A DNA stretch of 64,000 bases from IMG/VR virus record IMGVR_UViG_3300049893_003686. The stretch is one strand, 5' to 3'. This DNA is from a virus. A program made the translations under genes and the position numbers. The notes under the pieces are model-generated. The model was not told where the DNA came from and did not search any database. It saw only the letters and a program-made list of their open reading frames with translations. Positions 25,709 to 33,572 of this stretch are shown here, piece after piece. Numbering within the stretch: the first letter of the stretch is position 1; each line of letters starts with the position of its first letter.

Positions 25709-25792
25709 GGGCCAGTAGACGCGCTCCGCTCATAACGGAGTAAGGGTAATTTGGTTCTGAAAATGTGGGTTCAAGTCCCACCTGGCCCACCA
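25709..25792 (+). tRNA. Atypical tRNA-like element, copy 1 (CAU anticodon loop, no canonical D arm, 24-nt variable region, CCA encoded)
   Basis: Acceptor GGGCCAG/CTGGCCC. Hairpin CTCCG-CTCATAA-CGGAG. T arm GTGGG-TTCAAGT-CCCAC. Discriminator A followed by CCA. Only 8 nt (TAGACGCG) lie in the D-arm position. Identical to 42249..42332. Confidence 0.5.
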
Positions 25793-25936
25793 TTTACACG
25801 TACTCAATTCCTAATCTGACGTACGGTAATAGAATGATTAGGATCTCACTCTTCGGGATTTAAGAGCAACCCTTTAGCCTTAGGCGTTGTAGTACGGAGA
25901 GAAAAGGCCATCTTCTTTTAAGGAGAGCGTCAGCTA

Positions 25937-26560
25937 ATGCTTAGAGCTGAAGGTAAGCTGCCTAGAGATGTATACGTAGCTTGTTCTGGCGGCGTAGACA
26001 GTATGGCAGTGCTTGCGTTTTTAATGCGCCGAGAAGTTAAGCCACAAGTAGTCTACTTTAATCATAGGACTGATCATTCAGAAAAAGCAGAAGAACATGT
26101 ACGTACATTCTGCACTAAGCACGCCCTCAATCTTACCATAGGAACTATTCTTCGTGATCGCCTTAGCCGTGAGTCTAAAGAGGAATTTTGGCGAAACGAG
26201 AGATATAAATTCCTGCACGGACTATCTCTACCAGTAATTACAGCGCATAACTTAGACGATTGTATTGAAACATGGATCTTCTCTTCATTGCATGGAGAAG
26301 GAAAAATGATTCCATACAGAAATCGAAATGTAATTAGACCATTTAGACAAACACATAAGGCAGAGTTTATCAGATGGTGCACGAAGAATAACATCCCATG
26401 GATAGAGGACGAGTCAAATAAGAATATATTATTTGCACGCAATAGAATCAGACATGCACTTATGCCAGAAGTTCTAAAAATCAATCCTGGAATTTCTAAA
26501 GTAATTAGAAAGAAAATCTTGGCAGAAAGTGATATGCATAGGCTTTCCCCGCCACTCTAA
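25937..26560 (+). CDS. tilS: tRNA(Ile)-lysidine synthetase-like PP-loop ATPase (N-terminal catalytic domain only)
   Basis: PP-loop ACSGGVDSMAV, then ..VYFNHRTDHSEKAEEHVRTFC..L.. as in TilS. AAGGAGAG SD. At 207 aa it lacks the long TilS C-terminal domains. Confidence 0.7.
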   Translation: MLRAEGKLPRDVYVACSGGVDSMAVLAFLMRREVKPQVVYFNHRTDHSEKAEEHVRTFCTKHALNLTIGTILRDRLSRESKEEFWRNERYKFLHGLSLPVITAHNLDDCIETWIFSSLHGEGKMIPYRNRNVIRPFRQTHKAEFIRWCTKNNIPWIEDESNKNILFARNRIRHALMPEVLKINPGISKVIRKKILAESDMHRLSPPL

Positions 26561-26572
26561 AGAAGGATAATT

Positions 26573-27049
26573 ATGTACTATAACCATATGGCCTTTGCCG
26601 AACGTGTTGCTCGCAAATTTAGCAATGAAGATAGGCATCTTGTTGCCGCACTGCAGATTCGGGGAGGTAATATAGTCAATTATGGGATTAACCGACTTCA
26701 GTATAAAAGAGGCAGTAGCTATTTCGACTGTAGTATTCATGCAGAGGTAGACCTCGCGAGAAAAAGTGGATTCTCGCTAAATGGAGATAAAATCTGCATA
26801 TACCGGTTCAATCGAGCCCAAGAAACAAATGACTATAGAGACAGTAAGCCATGTCCTTTATGCGTAAGGGTCTTATTCCAATCTGGAGCAGGCAAGGTAT
26901 ATTATTCTTTAAACAACAAGGTTCTTAGTAGCAAGGTACACTCTCTTCCCATGCTGGCAGTGGATCCAATCATGTTTACCAAGCAGTATATTCCAAAATA
27001 CAGTACCGAAAGTACAAGGCATATGGATTTTGATGGTTACCTCATTTAG
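26573..27049 (+). CDS. CDA-fold (cytidine/deoxycytidylate-type) zinc deaminase, specificity unknown
   Basis: HAE (..CSIHAEVD..) and PCxxC (..SKPCPLC..) zinc-binding motifs with the expected spacing. Confidence 0.6.
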   Translation: MYYNHMAFAERVARKFSNEDRHLVAALQIRGGNIVNYGINRLQYKRGSSYFDCSIHAEVDLARKSGFSLNGDKICIYRFNRAQETNDYRDSKPCPLCVRVLFQSGAGKVYYSLNNKVLSSKVHSLPMLAVDPIMFTKQYIPKYSTESTRHMDFDGYLI

Positions 27050-27058
27050 GATTCAAAT

Positions 27059-27283
27059 ATGAACGCACGCTTATTGCCGGGAATCTTTTGGCCATATGGT
27101 GATTTCGACACTAAAGTTCGAATGTCCACATTACTATGGAATATTAAATGCGAGTATTTGTTGACAGCTGAACTAGCAGATGATGGGTCGATTTATGATC
27201 AGTCCGAGATAGAGTGTGAATTAGCTCGCGCACGCAGATATATTGTCAAGCAGACAGACGAGCTAATATCGCTACTTGCCTAA
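27059..27283 (+). CDS. Hypothetical protein
   Basis: 74-aa ORF. Confidence 0.5.
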   Translation: MNARLLPGIFWPYGDFDTKVRMSTLLWNIKCEYLLTAELADDGSIYDQSEIECELARARRYIVKQTDELISLLA

Positions 27284-27293
27284 TAAAGCTATT

Positions 27294-27692
27294 ATGACAT
27301 CAAGTTTTACTACACGAGCAGAGCAAGCAGCATTGCTTTTATCTAGATTGAATGATGATGACATTGCAGATGAGAGAGCCAGAAATGCATTGCGCACGAT
27401 TACAAAGTCAGAACTAGAAACATGTATAAAATTATACTTTGCTTGGTGCAGCATTGCGATTACGGCAAAGAAGTTATCAGATATAGGCTACGAGCTAGAT
27501 CCGCAATGGGAAGAGCGGCTTACATCTGCATACATGCATATAATTAATCTCTGCGTATCTAATCTTCAAGTAGCAGATCTAGCAAAGTTCAATCGAAATA
27601 ATATAATTATATTTTCAAATGCATTACACTTGAATCCATATGTTGCAGTAGCTGGTTATACTGAAGAATTAGATCTAAAAGACTTCTTATAG
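27294..27692 (+). CDS. Hypothetical protein
   Basis: ATG at 27294; the track's start is TTG 27276. Confidence 0.55.
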   Translation: MTSSFTTRAEQAALLLSRLNDDDIADERARNALRTITKSELETCIKLYFAWCSIAITAKKLSDIGYELDPQWEERLTSAYMHIINLCVSNLQVADLAKFNRNNIIIFSNALHLNPYVAVAGYTEELDLKDFL

Positions 27693-27709
27693 CATACGGA
27701 TAACATCGG

Positions 27710-28075
27710 ATGAGTAATAGTAAGTTCCATAAATTAAAGAAGAGACTGAAATTTCGAGCTGTAAAAGCCGGAATGGCATGTGATGTATCAACAGAATTTC
27801 TACGGTTTATATGGAATGCTGACACTAAATGTCAGATATGCAGTGTAAGTTTTGTATTAGATATGAACAGCGCGTCATCTAAATCAATAGACAGATTTAA
27901 TTCAGAACTTGGATACACTAAGGATAATGTGCATGTCATGTGTAGAAGATGCAATTCAATTAAATCAGTATTTGATCGTGACGGCCTATCTGGGCTGAGA
28001 ACGTACCAGCTTCGTAATCCAAGAATGCCAGTAGATAATTTAATTAAATGGATTACTAAAAATAAGAAGGATTAA
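27710..28075 (+). CDS. HNH/Endo-VII-like zinc-finger nuclease family protein
   Basis: CQIC..SIDRFNSELGYTKDNVHVMCRRCNSIK follows the CxxC..D-R-x-x..GY..N..CxxCN pattern seen in phage HNH-type proteins. Confidence 0.45.
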   Translation: MSNSKFHKLKKRLKFRAVKAGMACDVSTEFLRFIWNADTKCQICSVSFVLDMNSASSKSIDRFNSELGYTKDNVHVMCRRCNSIKSVFDRDGLSGLRTYQLRNPRMPVDNLIKWITKNKKD

Positions 28076-28076
28076 T

Positions 28077-28430
28077 ATGCTTTTGATGTTTGACCTCTCA
28101 GGTAATCGTGTTGCTGAATGGAGTCTGGGGAAAAAGCTAGTTTTTCCAAAAACCATAGATGCGGTAGACATTACGGCTATATGTACCGAGGGATTGGAGT
28201 TAGAATTTCTAGCATCAATATTAGAAAATTTAGTATATCCTAAAAATTATAGCACTGTTTGGTGGTACGGTGCAGACGCAAAGACAGTTGCTTCTGTAAT
28301 GGAATCCTACCATTCCTTGGAAAAAGATAGCAGGGATTTTTTACAACGTAAGTTGAAAATTGATTCAGCAAAGAAAAAGGTTGGCGTCGCATTAGACAAG
28401 ATAAAGGATCTTACATTCCCTCAATCCTGA
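28077..28430 (+). CDS. Hypothetical protein
   Basis: 117-aa ORF starting 1 nt after the upstream stop. Confidence 0.55.
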   Translation: MLLMFDLSGNRVAEWSLGKKLVFPKTIDAVDITAICTEGLELEFLASILENLVYPKNYSTVWWYGADAKTVASVMESYHSLEKDSRDFLQRKLKIDSAKKKVGVALDKIKDLTFPQS

Positions 28431-28510
28431 GAGAATTAATCTAGATATAAGGTCACATTAACTATAACTATAGCGTCATGCTGGCGTATATAGGAATAAT
28501 CGGAGAAAAG

Positions 28511-30802
28511 ATGAAGAAATATATTTTCGCAACGCTACTGCTCGCAACTACAGCGGCAGCATCAAATAGCGATAAATCTCATCATGAAAAGGTGGAGATT
28601 TGTCATAAGGATCATCATGAAATTAGTGTCGACGAGCATGCTGTCGAGGCGCATATTGATCACGGCGATTGTCTCGGGACATGTCCATGCGCCCCATTGC
28701 CAGAATGCCAATCTGATGCTGATTGTACTAACGATCTATTCTGTGATGGCAACGAATCATGCCTCAATGGAAGCTGTGTGGCAGGAGAGTCTCCGTGTGA
28801 GCACAGCTTATCATGTGACGAAGTGGAAGACCTATGTGTGCAACAGCCAGATTGCATTACCGATAGCGATTGTGACGACGGAGTATTTTGTAATAATCAA
28901 GAATTATGTTTAAATGGCTCCTGTGTTTCTTTTGGAGATAGTCCATGCCCAGACTACATTTGTGTAGAAAAGTATGCCATATGCGTATTGCCACCAGAGT
29001 GTCATGTAGATGACGATTGTACGAATGGACTATTTTGCGACGGGCACGAATTATGTTCAAATGGAGCATGCGTATCCAATGTACTTCCATGCCCTGAAAC
29101 AGAACAGTGTGACGAAGAATCTGATGCTTGTTTTAATGCAGGTGAGGGTGAAGGAGAAGGCGAGGGAGAAGGTGAGGGTGAAGGAGAAGGCGAGGGAGAA
29201 GGTGAGGGTGAAGGAGAAGGCGAGGGAGAAGGTGAGGGTGAAGGAGAAGGCGAGGGAGAAGGTGAAGGCGAGGGTGAAGGTGCCGAGAAAACAAACTTAT
29301 TTGTCTCAGGGTCAGGGATTTTTTCATGCTCTGAGTCATCATCTCCAGACCTGTTTATACTTGCACTATTCTTGCCAGCACTGCTAATATCACAAAAGCG
29401 TAGGGCACTAGTAGCAACCTTAGTAATTGGACTATTTTCATTCTCTGCTTCTGCAGAAGGATTAAATCGTGTAGGTGGCCCAACATCATTTAACGATTCC
29501 CCGCAAGCATCATCAGCGGATCTACTGCCTAACCTTACATTGCAGACTGGTCTAAACTTAGATTACTCGCATGCTCCATTGGTGCTCAGAGACGTAGCTT
29601 TTATTAAGCATAGTGATTTGGTCGAACACCAATTCTCAAGTAGCATCAATGCAGCAATGGGATTTCGCGATGTCGTGCAATTAGATCTAGCATTGCCCAT
29701 TTCAGTCGCAACAGGACAGGGTTTAAATTTGGATGGAACACCATCAGCTGGTCTTCAGGATATGACAGCTGGTGTTAGATTGCGGTTGACTGACAGCAAA
29801 GCACCATTACGCACTGCCCTTAGCCTTAAAGGTACGATGCCAACATCGCTATTGTCATTTAATGGAATGCCAACATTTGGAGAGGTATTCCCGACGCTTA
29901 CCCCAGGAGTCTTACTTACTGCCGGCAATGAGTTGGCATCAGTTACACTAAATACAGGATACACTATTCGTATTCCTAAAAATGTAGCGGATCTTCAAAT
30001 GGGACATACTGTAAATGCAGCTGTAGGTGGACAACTGTGCTTACTTAAAGATAGCTTGTGGTTAGTCGGAGATGTTGGCACAAGTCTATCAGCACAAGGC
30101 TTGTTTACAAATCGATTATTTATGCCAGTAGAGGCGACACTTGGCTTTAAAGGAAAGCACGGTCCTTTCTATGGAATGGTAGCCGCTGGCTCTGGGCTAT
30201 TGCCCGACGTTGGGACCCCTGATGTGCGCGTTTTGGCTTCATTAGGTCTTAATTTTGACTTTGCAACTAAGCAGAAAGCACGTACCACTAGCAAGTTAGT
30301 TACAGAGCATAATCCTCTGCCACCTCCACTTGATTCCGATGGCGATGGGATCCTTGATCAAGATGATAAGTGTCCAAATGATCCAGAGGATTTTGATGGA
30401 TTTGAGGATTCAGATGGGTGCCCAGAGCAAGAGTTAGTAGTAATAGAGTCAGAAAAAATCATATTGTTATCCCCAGTGTACTTTTTCTTTGACTCAGATC
30501 AAATTAAACCAGAAAGCTTTCAAGTATTGAATGATGTGGCAACTGTACTAAAAGAGCATACTGAGATTAAGCTATTGTCTATTGAGGGGCATGCCTCAGC
30601 AGAAGGTGAATTGGATTATAACCAAGCACTTAGTGAACGCCGAGCTTTGGCAATAGTAAAATTCCTCCAAAAGGCAGGAGTTGCTACAGAACGACTTGTT
30701 GCACTCGGGCATGGAGAGAATAATCCGGCTGAATCAAATAAGACAAAAGCTGGACGTGAAAAAAATCGCCGCGTAGAGTTTCGTATTCTAGAAAAGCAGT
30801 GA
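28511..30802 (+). CDS. Composite OmpA-family envelope protein: signal peptide, 4 Cys-rich repeats, (EG)n tract, internal sorting-signal-like/TM pair, putative beta-barrel region, thrombospondin type-3 (DxDxDG) repeats, OmpA C-terminal peptidoglycan-binding domain
   Basis: GGAGAAAAG SD precedes ATG 28511 (MKKYIFATLLLATTAAAS). Four repeats match DxDCxxxxFCxGxExCxNGxC. The TSP3 repeats read DSDGDGILDQDDKCPNDPEDFDGFEDSDGCPE. The OmpA_C domain reads ..IEGHASAEG..YNQALSERRA..NRRVEF. Confidence 0.85.
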   Translation: MKKYIFATLLLATTAAASNSDKSHHEKVEICHKDHHEISVDEHAVEAHIDHGDCLGTCPCAPLPECQSDADCTNDLFCDGNESCLNGSCVAGESPCEHSLSCDEVEDLCVQQPDCITDSDCDDGVFCNNQELCLNGSCVSFGDSPCPDYICVEKYAICVLPPECHVDDDCTNGLFCDGHELCSNGACVSNVLPCPETEQCDEESDACFNAGEGEGEGEGEGEGEGEGEGEGEGEGEGEGEGEGEGEGEGEGEGEGEGAEKTNLFVSGSGIFSCSESSSPDLFILALFLPALLISQKRRALVATLVIGLFSFSASAEGLNRVGGPTSFNDSPQASSADLLPNLTLQTGLNLDYSHAPLVLRDVAFIKHSDLVEHQFSSSINAAMGFRDVVQLDLALPISVATGQGLNLDGTPSAGLQDMTAGVRLRLTDSKAPLRTALSLKGTMPTSLLSFNGMPTFGEVFPTLTPGVLLTAGNELASVTLNTGYTIRIPKNVADLQMGHTVNAAVGGQLCLLKDSLWLVGDVGTSLSAQGLFTNRLFMPVEATLGFKGKHGPFYGMVAAGSGLLPDVGTPDVRVLASLGLNFDFATKQKARTTSKLVTEHNPLPPPLDSDGDGILDQDDKCPNDPEDFDGFEDSDGCPEQELVVIESEKIILLSPVYFFFDSDQIKPESFQVLNDVATVLKEHTEIKLLSIEGHASAEGELDYNQALSERRALAIVKFLQKAGVATERLVALGHGENNPAESNKTKAGREKNRRVEFRILEKQ
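29141..29282 (+). repeat. Perfect 30-bp tandem repeat x4 plus a partial copy, encoding (GE)n inside the OmpA-family gene
   Basis: GGTGAGGGTGAAGGAGAAGGCGAGGGAGAA occurs at 29141, 29171, 29201 and 29231 with no mismatch seen. A divergent partial copy spans 29261-29282. Confidence 0.95.
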
Positions 30803-30805
30803 TAT

Positions 30806-30835
30806 AAGGCGGCTCCATTATGGAGCTCGCGCCTT
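30806..30835 (+). terminator. Terminator-like bulged hairpin after the OmpA-family gene
   Basis: AAGGCG-GCTCCA-tta-TGGAGC-(tcg)-CGCCTT. There is no clear U-tract. Confidence 0.4.
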
Positions 30836-30857
30836 AAGCGCAGCTATAATAATATTT

Positions 30858-31628
30858 ATGAGCAGTAATGAACTTGGTTTGAAGATTAAAAGTTTATATG
30901 AAAATCGTACACGACTCTTGCTAGATCAAGATGAGTATATAATTATCAGAATTGATGGTAAGAATTTTTCAAGATATACTCGTAAGCTCAAAAAGCCATT
31001 CGATCAGGATCTTGCAGATGATTTCGACCAAACTGCTAAGATATTGTGCTCTCAAATCATGGGAGCACATATGGCATATACTCAAAGTGATGAGATAAGT
31101 ATTGTAGTTTCGAATTTTAGTTCTTCAGGTAAGGACATCTGGTTTAACGGAAATATACAAAAAATAGTTTCAGTATCATGTTCAATGGCAACAGCATCAT
31201 TTAATGATTCAAGAATAAAGCGAAGTGTTGATTATAAAGGTGGAATTTTTGATTCTAGGGTATTTACAATACCTGATCGCTCATCAGTATTAGAGTATTT
31301 AACCTGGAGACAAAAGGATGCAAGTAGAAATTCCATTTCCATGATTGCAAGAAGCGTAATGAGTAGTAAAGAAATGCATGGAATTTCTACTGGCAAAATA
31401 ATAGAGATTTTAAAAGATAGAGGAATAGACCTCAAAATATATAATCAAGGTCTATTGTATGGAAGAATTATTTTCAAAGAAAAATTTACAGTAACCGCTA
31501 CTCATAGTGAATACGGGATTGCTCAAAATTCTGATTCACTCAGAACAAGATGGGTAGCTAAGACAGCACCAAATTTCTCTAAAGAAGACATTTCCATAGA
31601 ATTGATTCCAGAAAGAAAGCTTTCTTGA
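30858..31628 (+). CDS. Thg1-like protein (tRNA-His guanylyltransferase / 3'-5' polymerase family, TLP)
   Basis: IIRIDGKNFSRYT..KPFDQDLADDF..MAYTQSDEISIV matches the Thg1 palm-domain blocks. Confidence 0.8.
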   Translation: MSSNELGLKIKSLYENRTRLLLDQDEYIIIRIDGKNFSRYTRKLKKPFDQDLADDFDQTAKILCSQIMGAHMAYTQSDEISIVVSNFSSSGKDIWFNGNIQKIVSVSCSMATASFNDSRIKRSVDYKGGIFDSRVFTIPDRSSVLEYLTWRQKDASRNSISMIARSVMSSKEMHGISTGKIIEILKDRGIDLKIYNQGLLYGRIIFKEKFTVTATHSEYGIAQNSDSLRTRWVAKTAPNFSKEDISIELIPERKLS

Positions 31629-31640
31629 TAGGAGCATAAT

Positions 31641-31973
31641 ATGAACGTATTTATAAGCACAAATTTCTATCTTTCAATGTTCCAAGATTTAGATAAGAAG
31701 GCAAAGATAGTGACATTTGACCAAATTGGTCTTAATATGGTAAAGCGATTTCTCGGACAAAATCCTATTAGTGTAAATATTGATTTACGTACAGCAACAG
31801 CGTTATCGGCAGCCCTATCTATTCCTATTATGGAATCATCAAGATTTGAAGTTGTAAAATCAGGCGATGCAGTCGTGATTGCCAAATATCATGGTCCAGA
31901 TTTGAAGACAACAAAAGACAAAGCTATGCCGCATAACGGCAGGTTTGACTTTTACCGTGCGGTTATCTCATGA
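31641..31973 (+). CDS. Hypothetical protein
   Basis: 110-aa ORF with a GGAG SD. Confidence 0.55.
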   Translation: MNVFISTNFYLSMFQDLDKKAKIVTFDQIGLNMVKRFLGQNPISVNIDLRTATALSAALSIPIMESSRFEVVKSGDAVVIAKYHGPDLKTTKDKAMPHNGRFDFYRAVIS

Positions 31974-32182
31974 AACTTATAGCACGATTAATCCTCTCAC
32001 CAGCCATACTTACGACATATGCTACATATGGAGCTGTATTAGCTGCACAATCTTGTAGAGATGATTGCACTCTCTTATCTAGTTTAAAGCACGGATTATC
32101 AGGTTGTGTAGCGGGATTTGCTCATGGATCCTATTATATTGTAAGCGGTCGTAAACTAAGTAACTCTTTATTTGATGAGTAA
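31970..32182 (+). CDS. Hypothetical membrane protein
   Basis: ATGA overlap with the upstream gene and two hydrophobic segments. Confidence 0.5.
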   Translation: MKLIARLILSPAILTTYATYGAVLAAQSCRDDCTLLSSLKHGLSGCVAGFAHGSYYIVSGRKLSNSLFDE

Positions 32183-32184
32183 AT

Positions 32185-33492
32185 ATGATTAAGATTCCGC
32201 TTTCAATCTCCCCGTCATATGTTAGCTGGTCATGGTGGCATGCAATGCGCGAATTATTCCAAAATGGAATGGACGCACATGAGCAAGGGCTGCTAATGAC
32301 CTATTCATTTGATGAGAAGTTGCGACAATTAGCGATCAAGAATGAGGGAGCTAGTTTACCTAGAGAATCGCTTGTTCTTGGAGTTACATCGAAGAGAAAT
32401 GCCGCTAATCAACGCGGAGAATTTGGAGAGGGCTATAAGCTTGCAATGGCAACACTGTGTCGCTTAGGAGCGCATGTTACTATTTTTAACGGTAAAGAGA
32501 TCTGGATTCCGGAACTAATTCACTCAGATGTATTTAATACAGAAGTTCTATCATTTACCATTAAACCTAGCGCTATAGAGCATTCGCTTACAATTGTAGT
32601 AACAGGGATTCCAGTAGCAGAGTGGGAATTAGCAAATGAAAGATTGCTATTCTTATATGATACCCAACCTAAAGCGCTATCATGCAATGATGGCTCTATT
32701 TTATTAGAGCCGCAATATGCCGGTAAATTATATGTAAAAGGCATTTTTGTAAATGACTTACCAGATAAACATAAATTTGGATATGATTTATCTAAAATTA
32801 AGCTAGATCGAGATAGGCAAATTCCAGACATATATGCGTTAAGATATGCTTTATGCTGCCTGCTAAAAAGAACTACAGAGCTTGGCTTGCTAAAGCCGCT
32901 AGAAGTACTGGAAATTCTAGAGGCAGAATCAGGTGAGATTAGAGCATTTGATGCAGATTTTGCGAAATCTCCAGTCTTTGAGAAAATTGTAGCAGAAGCA
33001 TTCGATACAAAATACGGGAAAGATGCCATCCCAGTTAAATCATTAGATGACAGTATCAGAGCCAAAGATTTTGCTCTAAAAGGAGTAATTGTTAACTCTA
33101 CCCTTCTAAGGATTCTTAATAATACCAAGGTATCATTAAATCAGATTGTGGAATCTATGGTTCTATTGCCAACTAAAATCTGGTCGGCAAATGAACTTTC
33201 TAATGAGGAGATTTCAAATTTAAAATGGGCTGTAGAGTTAACGGCAAGGGTAGAGCCAATATCACTAACTCAAATTTCTGTTGTAGATTTTATAGGCGAT
33301 AAATTATATGGAAAGTTTGAATTTAGTACAGAGCACGTATCTATCGCTAGAAGAATTTTATGCGACAAGGTAGAACTAATTGCCACCATGGTGCATGAAA
33401 TATGTCATCGCTATGGTCCAGATGGCGACCTGAGACACAGATATGCAGTAGAAAATAGGTTGTCAAAACTCATCCTACTAGGGCAGAACTAA
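32185..33492 (+). CDS. GHKL/sacsin-like ATPase-fold protein with a C-terminal HExxH motif
   Basis: The N-box ExxxNxxD appears as MRELFQNGMDAH. RGEFGEGYK resembles the GxFGxGF block. VHEICH lies near the C-terminus. Confidence 0.55.
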   Translation: MIKIPLSISPSYVSWSWWHAMRELFQNGMDAHEQGLLMTYSFDEKLRQLAIKNEGASLPRESLVLGVTSKRNAANQRGEFGEGYKLAMATLCRLGAHVTIFNGKEIWIPELIHSDVFNTEVLSFTIKPSAIEHSLTIVVTGIPVAEWELANERLLFLYDTQPKALSCNDGSILLEPQYAGKLYVKGIFVNDLPDKHKFGYDLSKIKLDRDRQIPDIYALRYALCCLLKRTTELGLLKPLEVLEILEAESGEIRAFDADFAKSPVFEKIVAEAFDTKYGKDAIPVKSLDDSIRAKDFALKGVIVNSTLLRILNNTKVSLNQIVESMVLLPTKIWSANELSNEEISNLKWAVELTARVEPISLTQISVVDFIGDKLYGKFEFSTEHVSIARRILCDKVELIATMVHEICHRYGPDGDLRHRYAVENRLSKLILLGQN

Positions 33493-33572
33493 TCTATTAG
33501 ATTAAATAATCTGCTTATAATTATAACACAATGTTAATTATAATATAACCAAGGATATCGGTATGCAGTTAA

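Noticed and set aside
28478-28510. Upstream start of the OmpA-family ORF
   Set aside because: ATG 28511 has a GGAGAAAAG SD and gives a canonical signal peptide. The extension buries that signal peptide.
28584-29387. Alternative-frame ORFs inside the OmpA-family gene (28584..28913, 29010..29387 on +; 28660..28857, 28857..29090, 29133..29342 on -)
   Set aside because: They overlap a well-supported gene. The KEKAREKVRV and HLLPRLLLHP periodicities are simply other frames of the 30-bp GE repeat.
32520-33128. 202-aa antisense ORF opposite the GHKL-like gene, with similar antisense ORFs at 26074..26484, 38434..38823, 43953..44273, 46504..46875 and 54674..55069
   Set aside because: Each lies fully inside a longer sense ORF that fits the co-directional, coupled gene organisation. 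None has a recognisable motif or RBS.
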